A stretch of 64,000 nucleotides of DNA from positions 28,396,001-28,460,000 of the forward strand of contig NC_043005.1 of NCBI RefSeq assembly GCF_006345805.1, in the 5' to 3' direction. Both the position numbers and the translations under genes were made by a program. This document shows positions 1 through 12,915 of this stretch, in pieces; position 1 is the first letter of the stretch; the number at the start of each line of letters is the position of its first letter. Under the pieces are notes generated by a model, which was not told the DNA's origin, did not search any database, and saw only the letters and a program-made list of their open reading frames with translations. Source of the stretch: Octopus sinensis. Its lineage: Eukaryota.

Positions 1-276
1 ATTAAGTTCTTCAAAGTGGTGCTCCAGCATGGCCACAGTTCAGTGACTGAAATCAATAAAAGAGTATAGATTTTTATATATCTCTTATATATATATAAAT
101 ATACATATATATACAATACCGTATTTATGTATAACATGCATGTATATATTCTATATTATATTTATACATCTCCCATAAATGTAATTATATATATTTTAAG
201 GGATACATTCTTAGAATTCTTTTTATGAATTATTGTTATCATCATCATCATTATAATCTTAATGTTATTATTGCAG

Positions 277-420
277 GAGAAGGGCAAAACCCCAACTTTG
301 GATGTCTACAAGAGTTTCTTCAACTTTGTTGAATTTGAACCCATGCAGAAGTTGATTGAAGGTTTTATTCCAAGACTGATTGAGGATGACTTTGTACAAC
401 CAGACTCAAGAATCCTTGCA
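277..420 (+). CDS. Internal coding exon of uncharacterised gene A (first exon in window; gene begins upstream)
   Basis: Acceptor ttgcag ends at 276 and donor gtgagt starts at 421. The 144 nt give 48 open codons (EKGKTPTL...SRILA), phase 0 at both ends. Confidence 0.75.
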
Positions 421-1263
421 GTGAGTACAGGAGAACAATTTTCATGCCATTTTCACATTTACATCCAAAAACTAACACTTTTGAAATGAAGAATCTGTTG
501 AGAATGTATTTGTCATGGCTTGAAGTTCTATAAGTGAAATACAATAATGAGCATATTGCATGCAGTGCACAGGTTTACTACAATTCATAGAAGAATAAAA
601 ATGGGGACAGAAAACAACAGAAAACAGCAATGAAAGCCAGAAATATATGCATAGTACATAGGATAAAAGACAATGAAAAGTGAACAGTAAAAGAGCCACA
701 GAAAGGAAAGGGTGCATAGGTATGTCAAGAGTGGGGTTGGCATTTTTGAGAAGCATGGAATTGTTGAAGGATGTGTTAGTGTCCTGACAGCTAAACTGAT
801 GTGAGTAGTTTATTCCATGCTTAAACAATTCTGAGCATAAAAAAGTGTTTTCAAAAGACATGGGTGCTGTGCTATTTTTTGATTTTATAATCATGTTCAT
901 TAGTAACAGAGATATAACTTAGATAACTTAGACAGGTTTCAGCCAGTATAGGCCCAGCCCATGTCTAACTTTATAGCACCACCCAGTGAAGTCTTTTAGT
1001 TATATGTGGGGCACCATGGCCCACTCTAGCAAAGAGTTATTATTGTTGGAGGCTGAAAAACATGGCCAAAGTCATTGGAAATATTAAATAATAGGGCACT
1101 TGATATAACAAAAAATAATAATCAGAAACATATAAATCATACTAGGGCTCAAAACTCTCCAAAAACAAAGAAGAAAAGAAACAAAAACTTGCTACACACC
1201 AACTACATCCAGTTCCATCTTAAGGCATAAGCATACTGAGCAGCTGGCCTCATGGGTCTAGGG

Positions 1264-1565
1264 CAGTGTTTCCCAACCTATTTTTCCCCAGGCCTCACTA
1301 TAACTTTCCAGAAAAATCTATGCCTCCTAGGTAGTTGGAAAAAAAAAACTTTATTTTTAATATTTTATCACAATTATTTAATACAAAAGAATCTACTGGT
1401 GACTCTTTTATTAAGTATTGAGTACAAAAAGAAGTACATTATTGATTAAGTAAAAAGTGAATCACTTTAATAAGAATCTTGTGCCTGGCATCTACAGTAT
1501 CACGCCTCACCACAATTTTCCCAGTCCCCACTGGTGAGGCATCTACCCCATGTTGGGAATCACTG
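1264..1565. mobile_element. hAT (Charlie-like) MITE
   Basis: TIRs cagtgtttcccaac and gttgggaatcactg. Flanking 8-bp TSD gtctaggg / ttctaggg (7/8 match) resembles the NTCTAGAN target preference. Confidence 0.75.
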
Positions 1566-1963
1566 TTCTAGGGGCTCAAATATGATCCATGAATGTTGTA
1601 ACTTGCTGTCAATAAAAAATATAGGGTCCAGTGCACTGATTTGCTTGAGGACCTATACAAAATTTCAATGGCACAACTTTGAACAATGCACTCTTTGAAC
1701 GATGTACTCAATACATGCAATAACATAGTACATCTTATACTCTACATAATCACCACCTAAAACTATGAGACAATCTATAAAACACATATTTTACAGCACC
1801 GCCTCTCAAGGAGAATGGCTTGAGGTGGGGGTGGGGTGGCAGTGGAAAAATTTAGATGGGTACTGAGGATGAAACAGGTAGTAGTAGGAATGACTGGTAT
1901 GGCTTTGAAGTTTCAGATTTTATCCTGTAAGTAAATCATCTGTTACTGTCAGCTTCAAATTTT

Positions 1964-2580
1964 GGCACAAAGCCAGCAATTTCAGGAGAAGGGGTAAGTT
2001 GATTACATTGATCCCAGTGTTTAACTGGTACTTATTTTATCGACCCCAAAAGGATAAAAGGCAAAGTCAATCTTGATGGCATTTGAACTCAGAACGTAAA
2101 GACAGATGAAATGCCACCAAGCATTTTGACAGGTATATTAATGATTCCGTCAGATTGTCTGGTTATGTCAACAGCTGAAATATTATTTTGACATTCCAAG
2201 TTGTCATTTAATAGTGATTAGCCTGCTTGTAGCAATTTTTATGATGTATTTAATTATGTTGAATTTTAGCAAGGATGCAGAGGAAAAGTGCTATAAGGGG
2301 AAAGGAGCAATAGTTAGAAAATCTTGAGGAGCTCTTGTCAGAATCATACTCATACTATTTATTGCCCACAAGGGGCTAAACATAGAGGGGACAAACAATG
2401 ACAGACAAAAGGACTAAGTTGATTACATCTACCCCAGTGCATAACTGGTACTTATTTAATCGACTCTGAAAGGATGAAAGGCAAAGTCGACCTTGGCGGA
2501 ATTTGAACTCAGAATGTAGCGACAAACGAAATACCGCTAAGCATTTCGCCTGGCGTGCTAACCACTCTGCCAGCTTGCCA
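1964..2580 (+). mobile_element. Two SINE-like repeats with the core ggtacttattttatcgacccc.aaaggat.aaaggcaaagtc
   Basis: The same core recurs at about 7760-7975, 41500-41700 and 63070-63820. Confidence 0.7.
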
Positions 2581-2589
2581 CCTTCTTTT

Positions 2590-2698
2590 CACGTGGAGCT
2601 TAGGTGTTTCGCTCATAAACACACACATCGCCCAGTCTGAGATTCGAACTTGCAATACCTTGACTGCAAGTCCGCTGCTCTAAACACTAGGCTATGTG
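2590..2698 (-). mobile_element. tRNA-derived SINE head
   Basis: Reverse complement has A-box-like tagcctagtg and B-box-like gttcgaatct motifs and resembles the SINE heads at 38910 and 39530. Confidence 0.6.
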
Positions 2699-3014
2699 GT
2701 TAGAGCATACTCAATAATGCCACAGAACCTATTGAACACATAACTTACCCAATCAATGCCCAGTAAAATAACAACAAATATTCCAACAAGTCTAGGACAT
2801 TTACAATAAGCCCCAAGGACAACAGAGGATGATTTAAAACTTCTTGATACATTGGAGAGGGGGTAATTAACCAAGAGGGATAATTGTCCTAGGGGTTAAT
2901 TGTCGTTGGGGGGAATTGTCCTATGGAGGAAGGGGGGGTAATTTTCCTGATATGACTCTTACATAATTGATGTCTAATACAGCAAATTATGCATTTTCAT
3001 TATCCAGTCATCTA

Positions 3015-3210
3015 GTCATTTACTTGTTTCAGTCATCTGACTAGCCATGCTGGAGCACCACCTTTAGTCAAACAAATCAACCGCAGGACATTCTTTGTAA
3101 GTCTCTTTTGCCGAAACGCTAAGTTATGGAGACATAAACACACCAACATCGGTTGACAAGTGATCGTGGGGGGGGGGCAAGCAGAGACACACACGTAAAT
3201 ATATACATAC

Positions 3211-3289
<79 letters not shown>

Positions 3290-3430
3290 GCTTCCTTCAG
3301 TTTCTGACTACCAAATCCACTCACAAGGCTTTGGTTGGCCTGAGGCTATAGTAGAAGACACTTGCCCAAGGTGCCATGCAGTGGGACTGAACCCTGAACC
3401 ATGTGGTTGGGAAGCAACCAAATTAAATCA
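3015..3430 (-). mobile_element. tRNA-like-headed SINE with internal (TA)n microsatellite
   Basis: Homologous to 42470-42993 and 23040-23410. The head ggttcagtcccactgcatggcaccttgggcaagtgtcttc is also seen at about 7190, 11755, 35790 and 57505. Confidence 0.7.
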
Positions 3431-3484
3431 CAGCTACGCTGCTCTTACACTATGTTTTTTTATTTACTTTTCCAATCGTTTCAG

Positions 3485-3811
3485 TATGCCCTGGCTCTTG
3501 GTCCAGTAAACATTGGTGGAATTATCCCAGAAACCTGGAAACAACCTCTCAGTGCAATCATTTCTTTGATCTATGGTGTCCATCATCAGCGAATGTTTGT
3601 TGAGACTTCAGATGTTAAGAGACTTGTCAAAGCTACTGTCACTATGACACCTTGTGAAAGTCCGATGACCGGAAGAATTGTAAACTTGGCTGTTTTGGCT
3701 GAAGATAACACAAAATATGTTGATGTAAAGGGAGCAGTTTGTTATGCAGTTGAGGAAACTCAAGTGAAGGCTAACTTACTTGTAGAAGTAACCCGAAAAG
3801 ATGCTGAAAAG
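3485..3811 (+). CDS. Internal coding exon of gene A
   Basis: Pyrimidine tract and tttcag end at 3484, donor aag|gtattc at 3812. The 327 nt give 109 codons (YALALGPVN...RKDAEK), phase 0/0. Confidence 0.8.
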
Positions 3812-5346
3812 GTATTCTTTTTTACTCTTTTTATTAACATTTGATGAGTGCAATTGTTTAGTGGAATCCAACAGTGATCCAATGGCATTAAGATAAAAAA
3901 TATTGATCTACTGGTCACATTGTCAATAGGTTAAACCTGCCACTACTACTAGAGTCAAAATGTTGTGCTTCTGTTTATGGCAAAGACATAACTCTGCATT
4001 CCACAGTCTACCTGGCTGACCGCAGGTTTCACTCCTAACTTCACAGTTGAATGTTTAATGACAGGAAGTGAATCCATCAACAGAAATTGCTAATACAAAA
4101 GTATGTAAATGTTAGAAAATTACTATTTTTAAATCTCACATGAGATATTCAGCAACAGTACTTTGTAGTAAAGATTATTTGCCAACATAACATGGCAGTC
4201 CTGGTTTAGGACAAATGTTGTTGTAATTTAGTCCCAGGAGACATCGTCTTCAGCTGACTATGCGACATGATTTGTGACCTTATATTTTCAAATTCATAAA
4301 TCCTATTCTAGCCTGGCTAGAAAAAAGACAGAAAGAAGTAAAACAGCATAAAATAAAAAATATATTAGAAATTAAAAGAAAAAAAATTTAAGCAGAAATA
4401 TTTTAAGCAACAAAAAATATAACAAAATTGCATTAAATAGTTAATATAAGGGCAAAGAGCACAAGGAACAAAGCAGAAAGAGAGTGAAAGAGAGGGAGAG
4501 AAAGAGGGGAAGGAGAGAGAGAGTTGTTTAAAAAGAGGAATCAAATGAAGAACTCTGATACAAACATAGATACAGTGAATGTATATGAAATGCCCGAAAA
4601 TATCTTAAAACAAAATAAATAAGATAAAAAGTTTTTAAAAACTGTAACCTCAACATTGAAAGGTTTTAGATAAATGATTCTCAGTCATTTTCCCCAGATC
4701 AACACCATTTTTAATCTAAAATTCCTCTAAATTTAATCTAAAATGCCACTCTATACCAGTAACAACATATATTCACAATAAAAGATTGGACTGTATGATA
4801 TTGTTGGATATGGCAATAAAAGATATTTAACATAATGTGGGGCTTTTCTCAGTGTTTTCCACTTAAAATGTACTCTCACCATTTCCAAGCAGTGATGTTA
4901 CTCACTCTGAAAAACCCTGTTCTAAATGACAGATAATCCCACGTCATCATTTGATGTCCATATTCCATGCTGGTATGGGTTGGATGGGTTGACAGGATCT
5001 AATAGACCCAAGGACTGCATTGTGCTCCAGTGTCTAACATGATTTCTCTGGCTGGATATCCTTCCTAATGTCAACCATTTTATAGTGTGTATTGAGTGTT
5101 ATTTTCCATACCACTGCCTCTAGTGAGGATGCCATGCAGTTTGCAAGACTACAAATCCTAAGTGGGAAGGGAAATTTTATTCTAGGGGCACAGTATGAGA
5201 GAAAAAGCCAGAGCAGAATGGGGTTTTTGCAGTAAAGTAGTGACATGACTTCTCTTATAAGAGAAATAGTAGGGGGCTGGAAAGTAATACAAGGGGTGAT
5301 GAGAAATGGTAGATTATCCCTCCATGAATTAATTTATTTTTTTCAG

Positions 5347-6870
5347 AAACAAGTGAAAGCTGTCGTAAAAGTGCCATTGAGGAAACCTTCTCCAGTAGAA
5401 TGTCTTTGGGATAGAGAGTACCAGGAACAAGTTAAAGAACAATTAGCAAATGTTTCAGTACAGAACATAAAAATGCTTCCTTATCTGGTGCCACATTGGC
5501 AGGCAAGGATGGCTGATGAATTGAATGCCTTTACTCAATATAGTTCTTCAAAACAAGATCCCAAAGTTACTTTGCTTGATCCAGTTACAGACACACAATT
5601 AGAGTTATTGCAATTGGAAATTCATGAAAGAGTTGAAGACCAGAGAAGATCAATTTCATCTTTGAATGTAAGGAAAAATTTCACCAAACTTGTCACTGAG
5701 GTCTTAGAGTTGAATGTAAAAGTGATCAAATACATTAATGAATCTCTAAAACTGACTTCCCAGGATGTCTTGCAGACAGTGAAATATTTCCATCAACGCA
5801 ATGTAATAATTGCCCGTCAGACAAGAATATCAAAACATGTTGAAGAAATGTTCAGGGTTATTTCAGTAACCATAAATACCTCAGAATCTTCACAACGGCA
5901 AGTTCTTAGGAAACAACTGGTAATTCTCCAACGCATCTTTGTAGAGAAAGTTAAGCAACACATTCAAACAGTTAGTCCAGTTATTCTGAAAAAACTTCCT
6001 GTTGAACGCAAAGAACTCTATAGAAATGCATTGCTTGTTGAAAAATTGTATCTGGAAATGAATCCATCTAACATCAATGAAACCAGTAGGAATATCTCTC
6101 TTAGATTAGAGCTGCTCCTGAAGGAATTACCAAAACTCTTTGACTTTGACTCAGAAGAAACAGAACTCTTACTTCTTGAAATTTATCGCCTCAGATTCTA
6201 TCCAACCATAATTCTAAATGAAACTCAGTGCTCAGTTGGTTGCAAGTTCCAGAAGATACTGTTGAAATCTTGGCATATCCAACAAGATGTTGTTATCTAT
6301 GAAAAACTATTGTCTGAAATAAGATACTACAACATGACATGTGCTAAGTTGAGTGCAAGCTGTTTCTCACTTAATCTCAAGTATATGGTACTCCGACTTC
6401 TGCATGATTTCATGGGATTCAAGAGAGCCAGTTGGGAAAACATAATTGAAGAAAAACCAGAAAGAATACTTTCTGCTTTCCAACAACTCTATCAAACTTT
6501 GGACATTGGTGTTAAATTAGTTGAAATGAAGGAACCAAACCTTCAGAGATTATCTGAAGATGGAGGACTCCCACTGTACATTGAATTGAACGAATTTTTG
6601 GTGAAACTTCAACAGATTTCCCTTTATCTTTTGAATGAGCCTTCAAGTGACTGGCATGCAACTGTCTCTCAGAATACTGACATGAAAAGGAAACAGCTGA
6701 AGAAAACTATTGTTGAATTGTTTGAAAGAGTTCAAAGAATTTCCAGAGTTGAATCTAGCAAAATTGTCAAACCCCGTTTACATTCCAAGTCAAAATTATG
6801 TGACATTCCAAAGAGTGTTGAAGTTGAAATTAAGATTGAAGTTGATGAAAAACCATTGGTGACTTTGAAG
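5347..6870 (+). CDS. Large internal coding exon of gene A (508 aa, predicted helix-rich)
   Basis: Lies within the 548-aa ORF 5245-6891. Acceptor ttttttcag ends at 5346, strong donor aag|gtaagt at 6871, phase 0/0. Confidence 0.9.
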
Positions 6871-7685
6871 GTAAGTAGATTCCTTCTTTGAGGAACATGT
6901 TCTTGATACTTGCAGGATTTTTAGATTAACTGATATCTACTTCGGTGTGTGCCATGCTACTGGAAGTGAATGTATGTTTGCAAGAGAGTATGCACATATC
7001 TGCATGTATGTATCAAGTGTGGTGTATGAGCATGTGTATGTATGATATGTCTTTGTGTGTGTGTGAGAGCATGTATGAATGTGCATATGTACATAAGTGC
7101 ATGCATGTGTGTACATGCATATGTGTATGTATGTGTGAGTGCATGTATGTATGTATGGGTAAGAGCATGCATGTATGTGCAATAGCTGCAGGCACAGCTA
7201 TGTGGTTAAGACGTTTGCTTTTCAACCATGTGGTCTTGAGTTCAATCCCACTGCTTGGTGCCTTGGGCAAGTGTCTTCTATCATAGCCCCAGGTTAACCA
7301 AAGTCTTGTGGGCAGATTTGATTGATGGAAACCGAAAAAAAACTCTTTTAAAAATGTATATGAATGTGTATGTGTGTGTGTGTGTACGTGTTTATGCATA
7401 CCCATGTCTTGACATCACGTGATGGTTGTAAAAAGTATGTCGTTCGTTTCCAATCTTCCATGAAAACATGTCTGACCATGGAAAATATTAACTTACCTGG
7501 AAACAAGTGAGGGATGGTGACAGGGAGAGCATCCAGTTGTAGAAAAAGTTTGCCTCAACAAATTTTGTCAGACTCATGCAAAAATGAAAAAGTGGATATT
7601 AAATGATGACAATGATGATGTGTAAATGAGTTATGTATGAGGGTATGTGTTTACATGACAGCAGGTGTATACATGAGGGCATCTG

Positions 7686-7687
7686 TA

Positions 7688-7737
<50 letters not shown>

Positions 7738-7993
7738 CAACAACAACAATCCTTTCTACTATAGGTAAAAGGCCTGAAATTTGGGGGATGGGGATGTTGA
7801 GGGGGGTCAGTCAATTAGATTGACTCCAGTATGCAACTGGTACTTATTTAATCAACCCCGAAAGAATGAAAGGCAAAGTTGACCTTGGCGGAATTTGAAC
7901 TCAGAACGTAACAGCAGACAAAATACTGCTAAGCATTTTGCCCGGCGTCCTAACGACTCTGCCAGCTCACCGCCATTAATGATGATGATGATG

Positions 7994-8073
<80 letters not shown>

Positions 8074-8100
8074 AATAATGCTAATAATAATAATAATAAT
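7686..8100. repeat. (TAA)n/(TGA)n microsatellite tracts flanking a SINE
   Basis: Directly visible trinucleotide runs at 7686-7745 and 7975-8100. Confidence 0.9.
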
Positions 8101-8236
8101 CATCTCAGCAATATGTAGTTGTAGAAGTTTGCATGACTAATAACAGATGTACTGCCTGGGTGGAAATATCTTCAAAACAGTATTGTATCTACAACTGAAT
8201 AAAAACATGACCATTGAATTCATATTTATTTTACAG

Positions 8237-8404
8237 GCAAACTTCCAGAAAACACCAGAACAACTGAAGAAAGAAGTCGATATTGGATTATTCTACTTCA
8301 TACAGGAAGAAAGATTAAGTCGTCCTTATCCTAATATAACCAAAGATCTAATCCGGGGCCTTAACAGTTATAAATCTGTGCAGGTCATCGTTGACTGGCA
8401 AAAT
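8237..8404 (+). CDS. Internal coding exon of gene A
   Basis: Acceptor ttttacag ends at 8236 (ANFQKTPEQLKK...). Preferred donor aat|gtaatt at 8405; a weaker in-frame alternative cag|gtcatc is at 8384. Confidence 0.7.
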
Positions 8405-10041
8405 GTAATTAAAAATTATAAATTTTCAAAACAGAACTAATTTTAATCATCTTGCTAAATTAGTTGTTCATGTTAGTTAATTGGCACTCCATCAGTTATG
8501 ACAATAAGAGTTCCGGTTAATTCTGTCAACAGAACAGCCTGGCGGTGAAATTAATATGTAAGTGGCTGAGCACTCCACAGACGTGCAGATCCTTAATATA
8601 GTTTTGAGGGAGATTCAACATGATACAGAATGTGACAAGGTTGGCCCTTTAAAATACAGGTATAACCCATTTTTGTCAGCCAAGTGGAGCAATGTGAAAT
8701 AAAGCGTCTTGCTCAAGGAATCAAACTCACAACCTTACAATCATAAACCAAAATCCCTAACCACTAAGCCAGTGCCCTCACTTACATTAGTTAAAAGCAA
8801 GTGGGGTGAAGAGATGGGAGTACTGACCAGAGACCACAAGATATGAAATTTATGCTAGCATTTTACAATTTGATAAGATTCCATTGTGACAAAATTTATT
8901 GTTGTTGTTACTATGTAGCTCTGATTAGTTCTGGCTAAGCTAACCCAAAACAAAGGTGGCTGCAGAAAGAATCATTTGATTAAATTTTGTGTTTTGCCTT
9001 TATAAGGGAAAAATGATGGTGTTAGGAAGGGCATCCAGCCATAGAAACCATGCCAAATCAGACTGGAGTCTGGTGCAGCCTCTCAGTTTACCAGCCCTAG
9101 TCAAACCATCCAATCAATGTCAGAATGGACAATGGATGTTAAATGATGATGAAAATGACTAAAGATTAGTTAAAACCCTTAGTTAACATCTTATTAAGGG
9201 GAAATTTAACTCTTACATTGATTAGTGCAAATGACTACCTCAAATTTACACTTGGGCTTACATTTTGTCAATGTTGTTAATGATAATGATGGTGATGATG
9301 GCAATGATGTATGTAGAAATAGCAACCCATGACCATATGTGTGTGATTGCCAATTTTAAGAAAGATTTGTTATGGATCAACAACTGACCAAGACTAAAAT
9401 TATGTTCTGTTGGGATTTTTAACATGCTTTAATGGAGAGACCAAAGTTAACTTATAGCACATTTTAGTCAATTAAATTTCACCACCATTTATATTTAGTA
9501 AGCAATATATTTATATATTTTAAATATCACCCACCCACCCCACCACCACTACTTCATTTTGTTAATTTAAAGAAATTTAATGAAAGAAATTTCAGGAACT
9601 TATTTGTTACTTCAGGTTAGACATCACATTAAAATTGACCAATTTCTTCATTTAAAAATTTAATCAAAACACAATAAGTGAACCTGCAGAGTAAATCCAG
9701 TCCTGAAAAAAACTCTTTGGTGCCATTAAAATGTGCTTAATTTGCTGACTGGTTAATATTCCTGGTACTCATCATTTGAGTGATGATGTACAAGTTACAA
9801 AAGAAATAAAAATATCAAAATTAATTTTAAGAATCTTCAGATCCCAATCTGTAAACCATTGAAGCACTCATCAGATTAGCCATTGCTCTAGTTGTAGGGT
9901 ATAAGCTTGCAGATCCCTGTATTTGAACTCACAACAGTTAGTCGTCACTTCAGCACTTACTACTCTTCTCTTCCATTCTTATATACTCCTTAAAGGGTCA
10001 ATGAAACTATTATGTAAAATACTTGCTTTTGTTTATTATAG

Positions 10042-10194
10042 AAACCTTTACCTCAACCTGTTGTAACTGTTCTTGGACACGTCAGAGATTGGATTAAATA
10101 CTTACTTCGTGATTACCTTGTCATCAAGAGTGTCCCTGAATCACAGATCAATAAAATTGAAATTATTGTCCAACAAATGATGAAGAGTAAAATG
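10042..10194 (+). CDS. Internal coding exon of gene A (not in ORF track)
   Basis: Acceptor ttattatag ends at 10041, donor atg|gtgaga at 10195. The 153 nt give 51 stop-free codons KPLPQPVVTVLGHVRDWIKYLLRDYLVIK...MMKSKM, phase 0/0. Confidence 0.75.
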
Positions 10195-10520
10195 GTGAGA
10201 GAAAATTTTTTATTTAAAACAATTTTTCTTTAAATGTTTTTAAATAGCCATAAGTCTTCTGTTGGTTTAATTCTCTAGCACCAGAAGACTGTACCTCCCC
10301 ATTTTTGTTCATTTATTATAGTGAGGTGGATAGATATCCATAAAGTTATATGTTTATTTGCCAGAGACAAAGCTGTGGCTGCTCTAGTCTACAGGAATAA
10401 CAAACCTATCATCAATGTACACAACCACTTATGTCCCATCAAATATAAATTTGTATTACAGAAATCTTTTCTTTTTCATTGAACAAACATTTATCCCTTT
10501 TCTTTTCTTTTTATTCCTAG

Positions 10521-11342
10521 GTTAACGTACATCTACATGCTGGATCAAAGATCTACCTAATCACATCTATTCCTGTACCAATTGATATCCTAATCACTCC
10601 ACCTTCCTACAGATCTGTCATATCAGGACTACAGAAAGTAAAAAGTGCTGACCTCAGGTCATTAGTTCAAGGAACAACCGAAAGAATTATGACAACGACC
10701 ACATCTAAACCAGTTCAAGAGATAGAAAAGGAAATTCCAAGGAGAGAAGAAACTAAGAAATCAGCTGTTAATAGCAGACATGCTCGTGCTGCAGAACGTA
10801 GCAGTCAACCAACAAGAACTACTCCATCTGTAACTACAGAGACACTTCTGTCTGACATACTGAAAAGAACAACGCCTGAAACCATTGTATCAACCACTAC
10901 CAGAGAACATGAACTTCAAGAAGCAAGAGAAACAGTTGCCCCCGAGTTGAAAATCACCATACCAAAAACACAGCATGTTGACATAAAGAAAAGCTCAAAG
11001 GAAGAAACTCTGGGACGTGTGCAAACCACTACTCCAGTGACAAAGCCATCTGAGTTACATAAAATCCTTAAAGCTCAAGGTGAAGAAATTACAACACACA
11101 GGCCAACTGTCACTCCAATGACATTTGCTGTCAAAGAAAGAAGACAAACAGAACCTGCTAATCAGAAAACACCTCTTGGAGAATCACACTCTACAACACC
11201 CTCAGTTCAGAAAACCACCACCATGAAGCCTGCAACTTTAAGAGAAGCAGGCAAAACTACATCGCACACTACTAAATCTCCAAGACAAGAACAGAGTCAA
11301 CTTGGAAAGGTTGTCACAACACTTTCTTCTGAGTCTCAGTAG
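10521..11342 (+). CDS. Terminal coding exon of gene A with Thr/Ser/Pro/Glu/Lys-rich, mucin-like tail
   Basis: Acceptor tttattcctag ends at 10520. The frame is open and continuous with ORF 10689-11342 and ends at TAG. Confidence 0.85.
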   Translation, partial: VNVHLHAGSKIYLITSIPVPIDILITPPSYRSVISGLQKVKSADLRSLVQGTTERIMTTTTSKPVQEIEKEIPRREETKKSAVNSRHARAAERSSQPTRTTPSVTTETLLSDILKRTTPETIVSTTTREHELQEARETVAPELKITIPKTQHVDIKKSSKEETLGRVQTTTPVTKPSELHKILKAQGEEITTHRPTVTPMTFAVKERRQTEPANQKTPLGESHSTTPSVQKTTTMKPATLREAGKTTSHTTKSPRQEQSQLGKVVTTLSSESQ

Positions 11343-11441
11343 AAAACTGAATCCTAGCTGACCAAAAAAGCTGATACTACCAGAATTATGGAGCCAATTT
11401 CTTGTACACCTAAGCAAATGGTTCCCTAAATGAGAATCAAA

Positions 11442-11520
11442 AATAAATTTATTTTCAATGTTTGACTCTTAAGCTGGTTGCATCAGCTTTTTTTAGCAAC
11501 TAGAATATTATAAAAATAAA
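11442..11520 (+). terminator. Candidate polyadenylation signals of gene A
   Basis: AATAAA at 11442-11447 and 11515-11520, downstream of the stop codon in AT-rich sequence. Confidence 0.45.
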
Positions 11521-12915
11521 TGGTTTTATAATTAAAATAAAATAGTTTCTTTCAATCATTTTTGACATAAATGTTTAATTGAAACGAAAATTATAAAACA
11601 TGTATCCTATGAAATAAAAAAATTACAATTAAAAAAGATAAACAAAACAAATACGCATTCAGTTTTTGTTCTTGAACAGACCTTATTACTACCCAATTAG
11701 TGTATTGTATAATGAAGTGTGGATTAAAAGTTATCTGTAATTACTAGAATTGTGCAGGTATGGCTGTGGTGTGAGAAGTTTGCTTCCCAACCACGTAGTA
11801 CCAGGTTCGGTCCCACCGTATGGCATCTTGTTTTCTACTATAGCCCCAGGTTGACAAAAGCCTTATGAGTGGATCTGGTAAATGGAAACTAACAGATATC
11901 TGTTGTGGATATGTATGTATGTATGTATATATGTATGTCATTATTCAGTTTATTTCAAGACTTCTTGCCCATAGAGAAAGCACCAGTTTCTAACCTAGAT
12001 CCAAGGTTTCTTCATTGGAATTTCAACAACATGTATTTAGTATGTATGTATGTATGTATGTATGTATGTATGTATGTATGTATGGATGCATGCATACATA
12101 CATGCACACACAAGCATGTATCTAACTCATACACTGTTCAATTTCCAGATATTTGTACATTACTGCATATGCTTTATACGCACTTTTGACAAGTTGTGGT
12201 GCACCTGAGCACTGTATACAATAATTTCATTATTATTATTATTATGTGCAGATTAGCATGTTTTGCTTTATGTATGTATTCTCATGCATATAGTTACATA
12301 TCTGGACATGCTCATATATATTTAAGTAATAAACTTCTGGAAAGTTTTACAGATTTTTACAGTTCCAGTGATGGATTGGATCTGTAGTCTTCGAATCAAA
12401 TTACTCTTTTTTTGGTTTTGAGAAGCCTAATTTTTCAAGATTGGTATTTAGGCAGTGTGTTACATATTCCAGAGCCCCAATAATTACAGGTATAAACCTG
12501 AATTTGTAATCTGGATAGAGTAACTGTATGTATGTGTGTATGTATGTATGTATGTATTATGTATGTATGTATGTATGTATGTATGTATGTTTGTATGTAT
12601 GTATGTAAGTATGTATGTGTGTGTGTTTGTCTTTGGGACTGTTCCACAGCTGGTGCTGACAAGTATTGGTTTGTTTATGTTCCCACAACTAAGCAACTTG
12701 GCAAAAGAGAATGATAGATAAGTACCAGGCTTTTAGAAAAAATGTACTGGGGTCAATTCATTTGATCAAAACCCTTCAAGATGGTGCTCCAGCATGGACT
12801 GCAGTCTAATAATTTAAACAAGTAAAAGATTATAATGAATATTTGCTTTCTAAAAAGGCTAGAGTCATAACATTTAGACAGAGTTGCACTATACCGAGAG
12901 ACAATATTTTATATA

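Noticed and set aside
472-900. 142-aa minus-strand ORF
   Set aside because: It lies in an intron of gene A, its hydrophobic part comes from an A/G-rich plus strand, and I recognise no family; probably a repeat remnant.
2855-2950. G-rich aattgtcc repeats as a G-quadruplex or regulatory element
   Set aside because: Short and degenerate, more like a MITE-terminal remnant, with no further support.
5245-5346. ATG at 5245 as the start of a standalone 548-aa gene
   Set aside because: A strong acceptor at 5346 and in-phase upstream exons indicate an internal exon.
6937-8140. ORFs rich in HT/YI/CV or poly-I/poly-M (also at 3124, 12435, 23332, 42498, 59278)
   Set aside because: They are translations of (CA)n, (TA)n, (TATG)n and (TAA)n microsatellites.
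9855-9885. Minus-strand CTGATGAG as a possible hammerhead core
   Set aside because: No stem II followed by GAAA could be formed.
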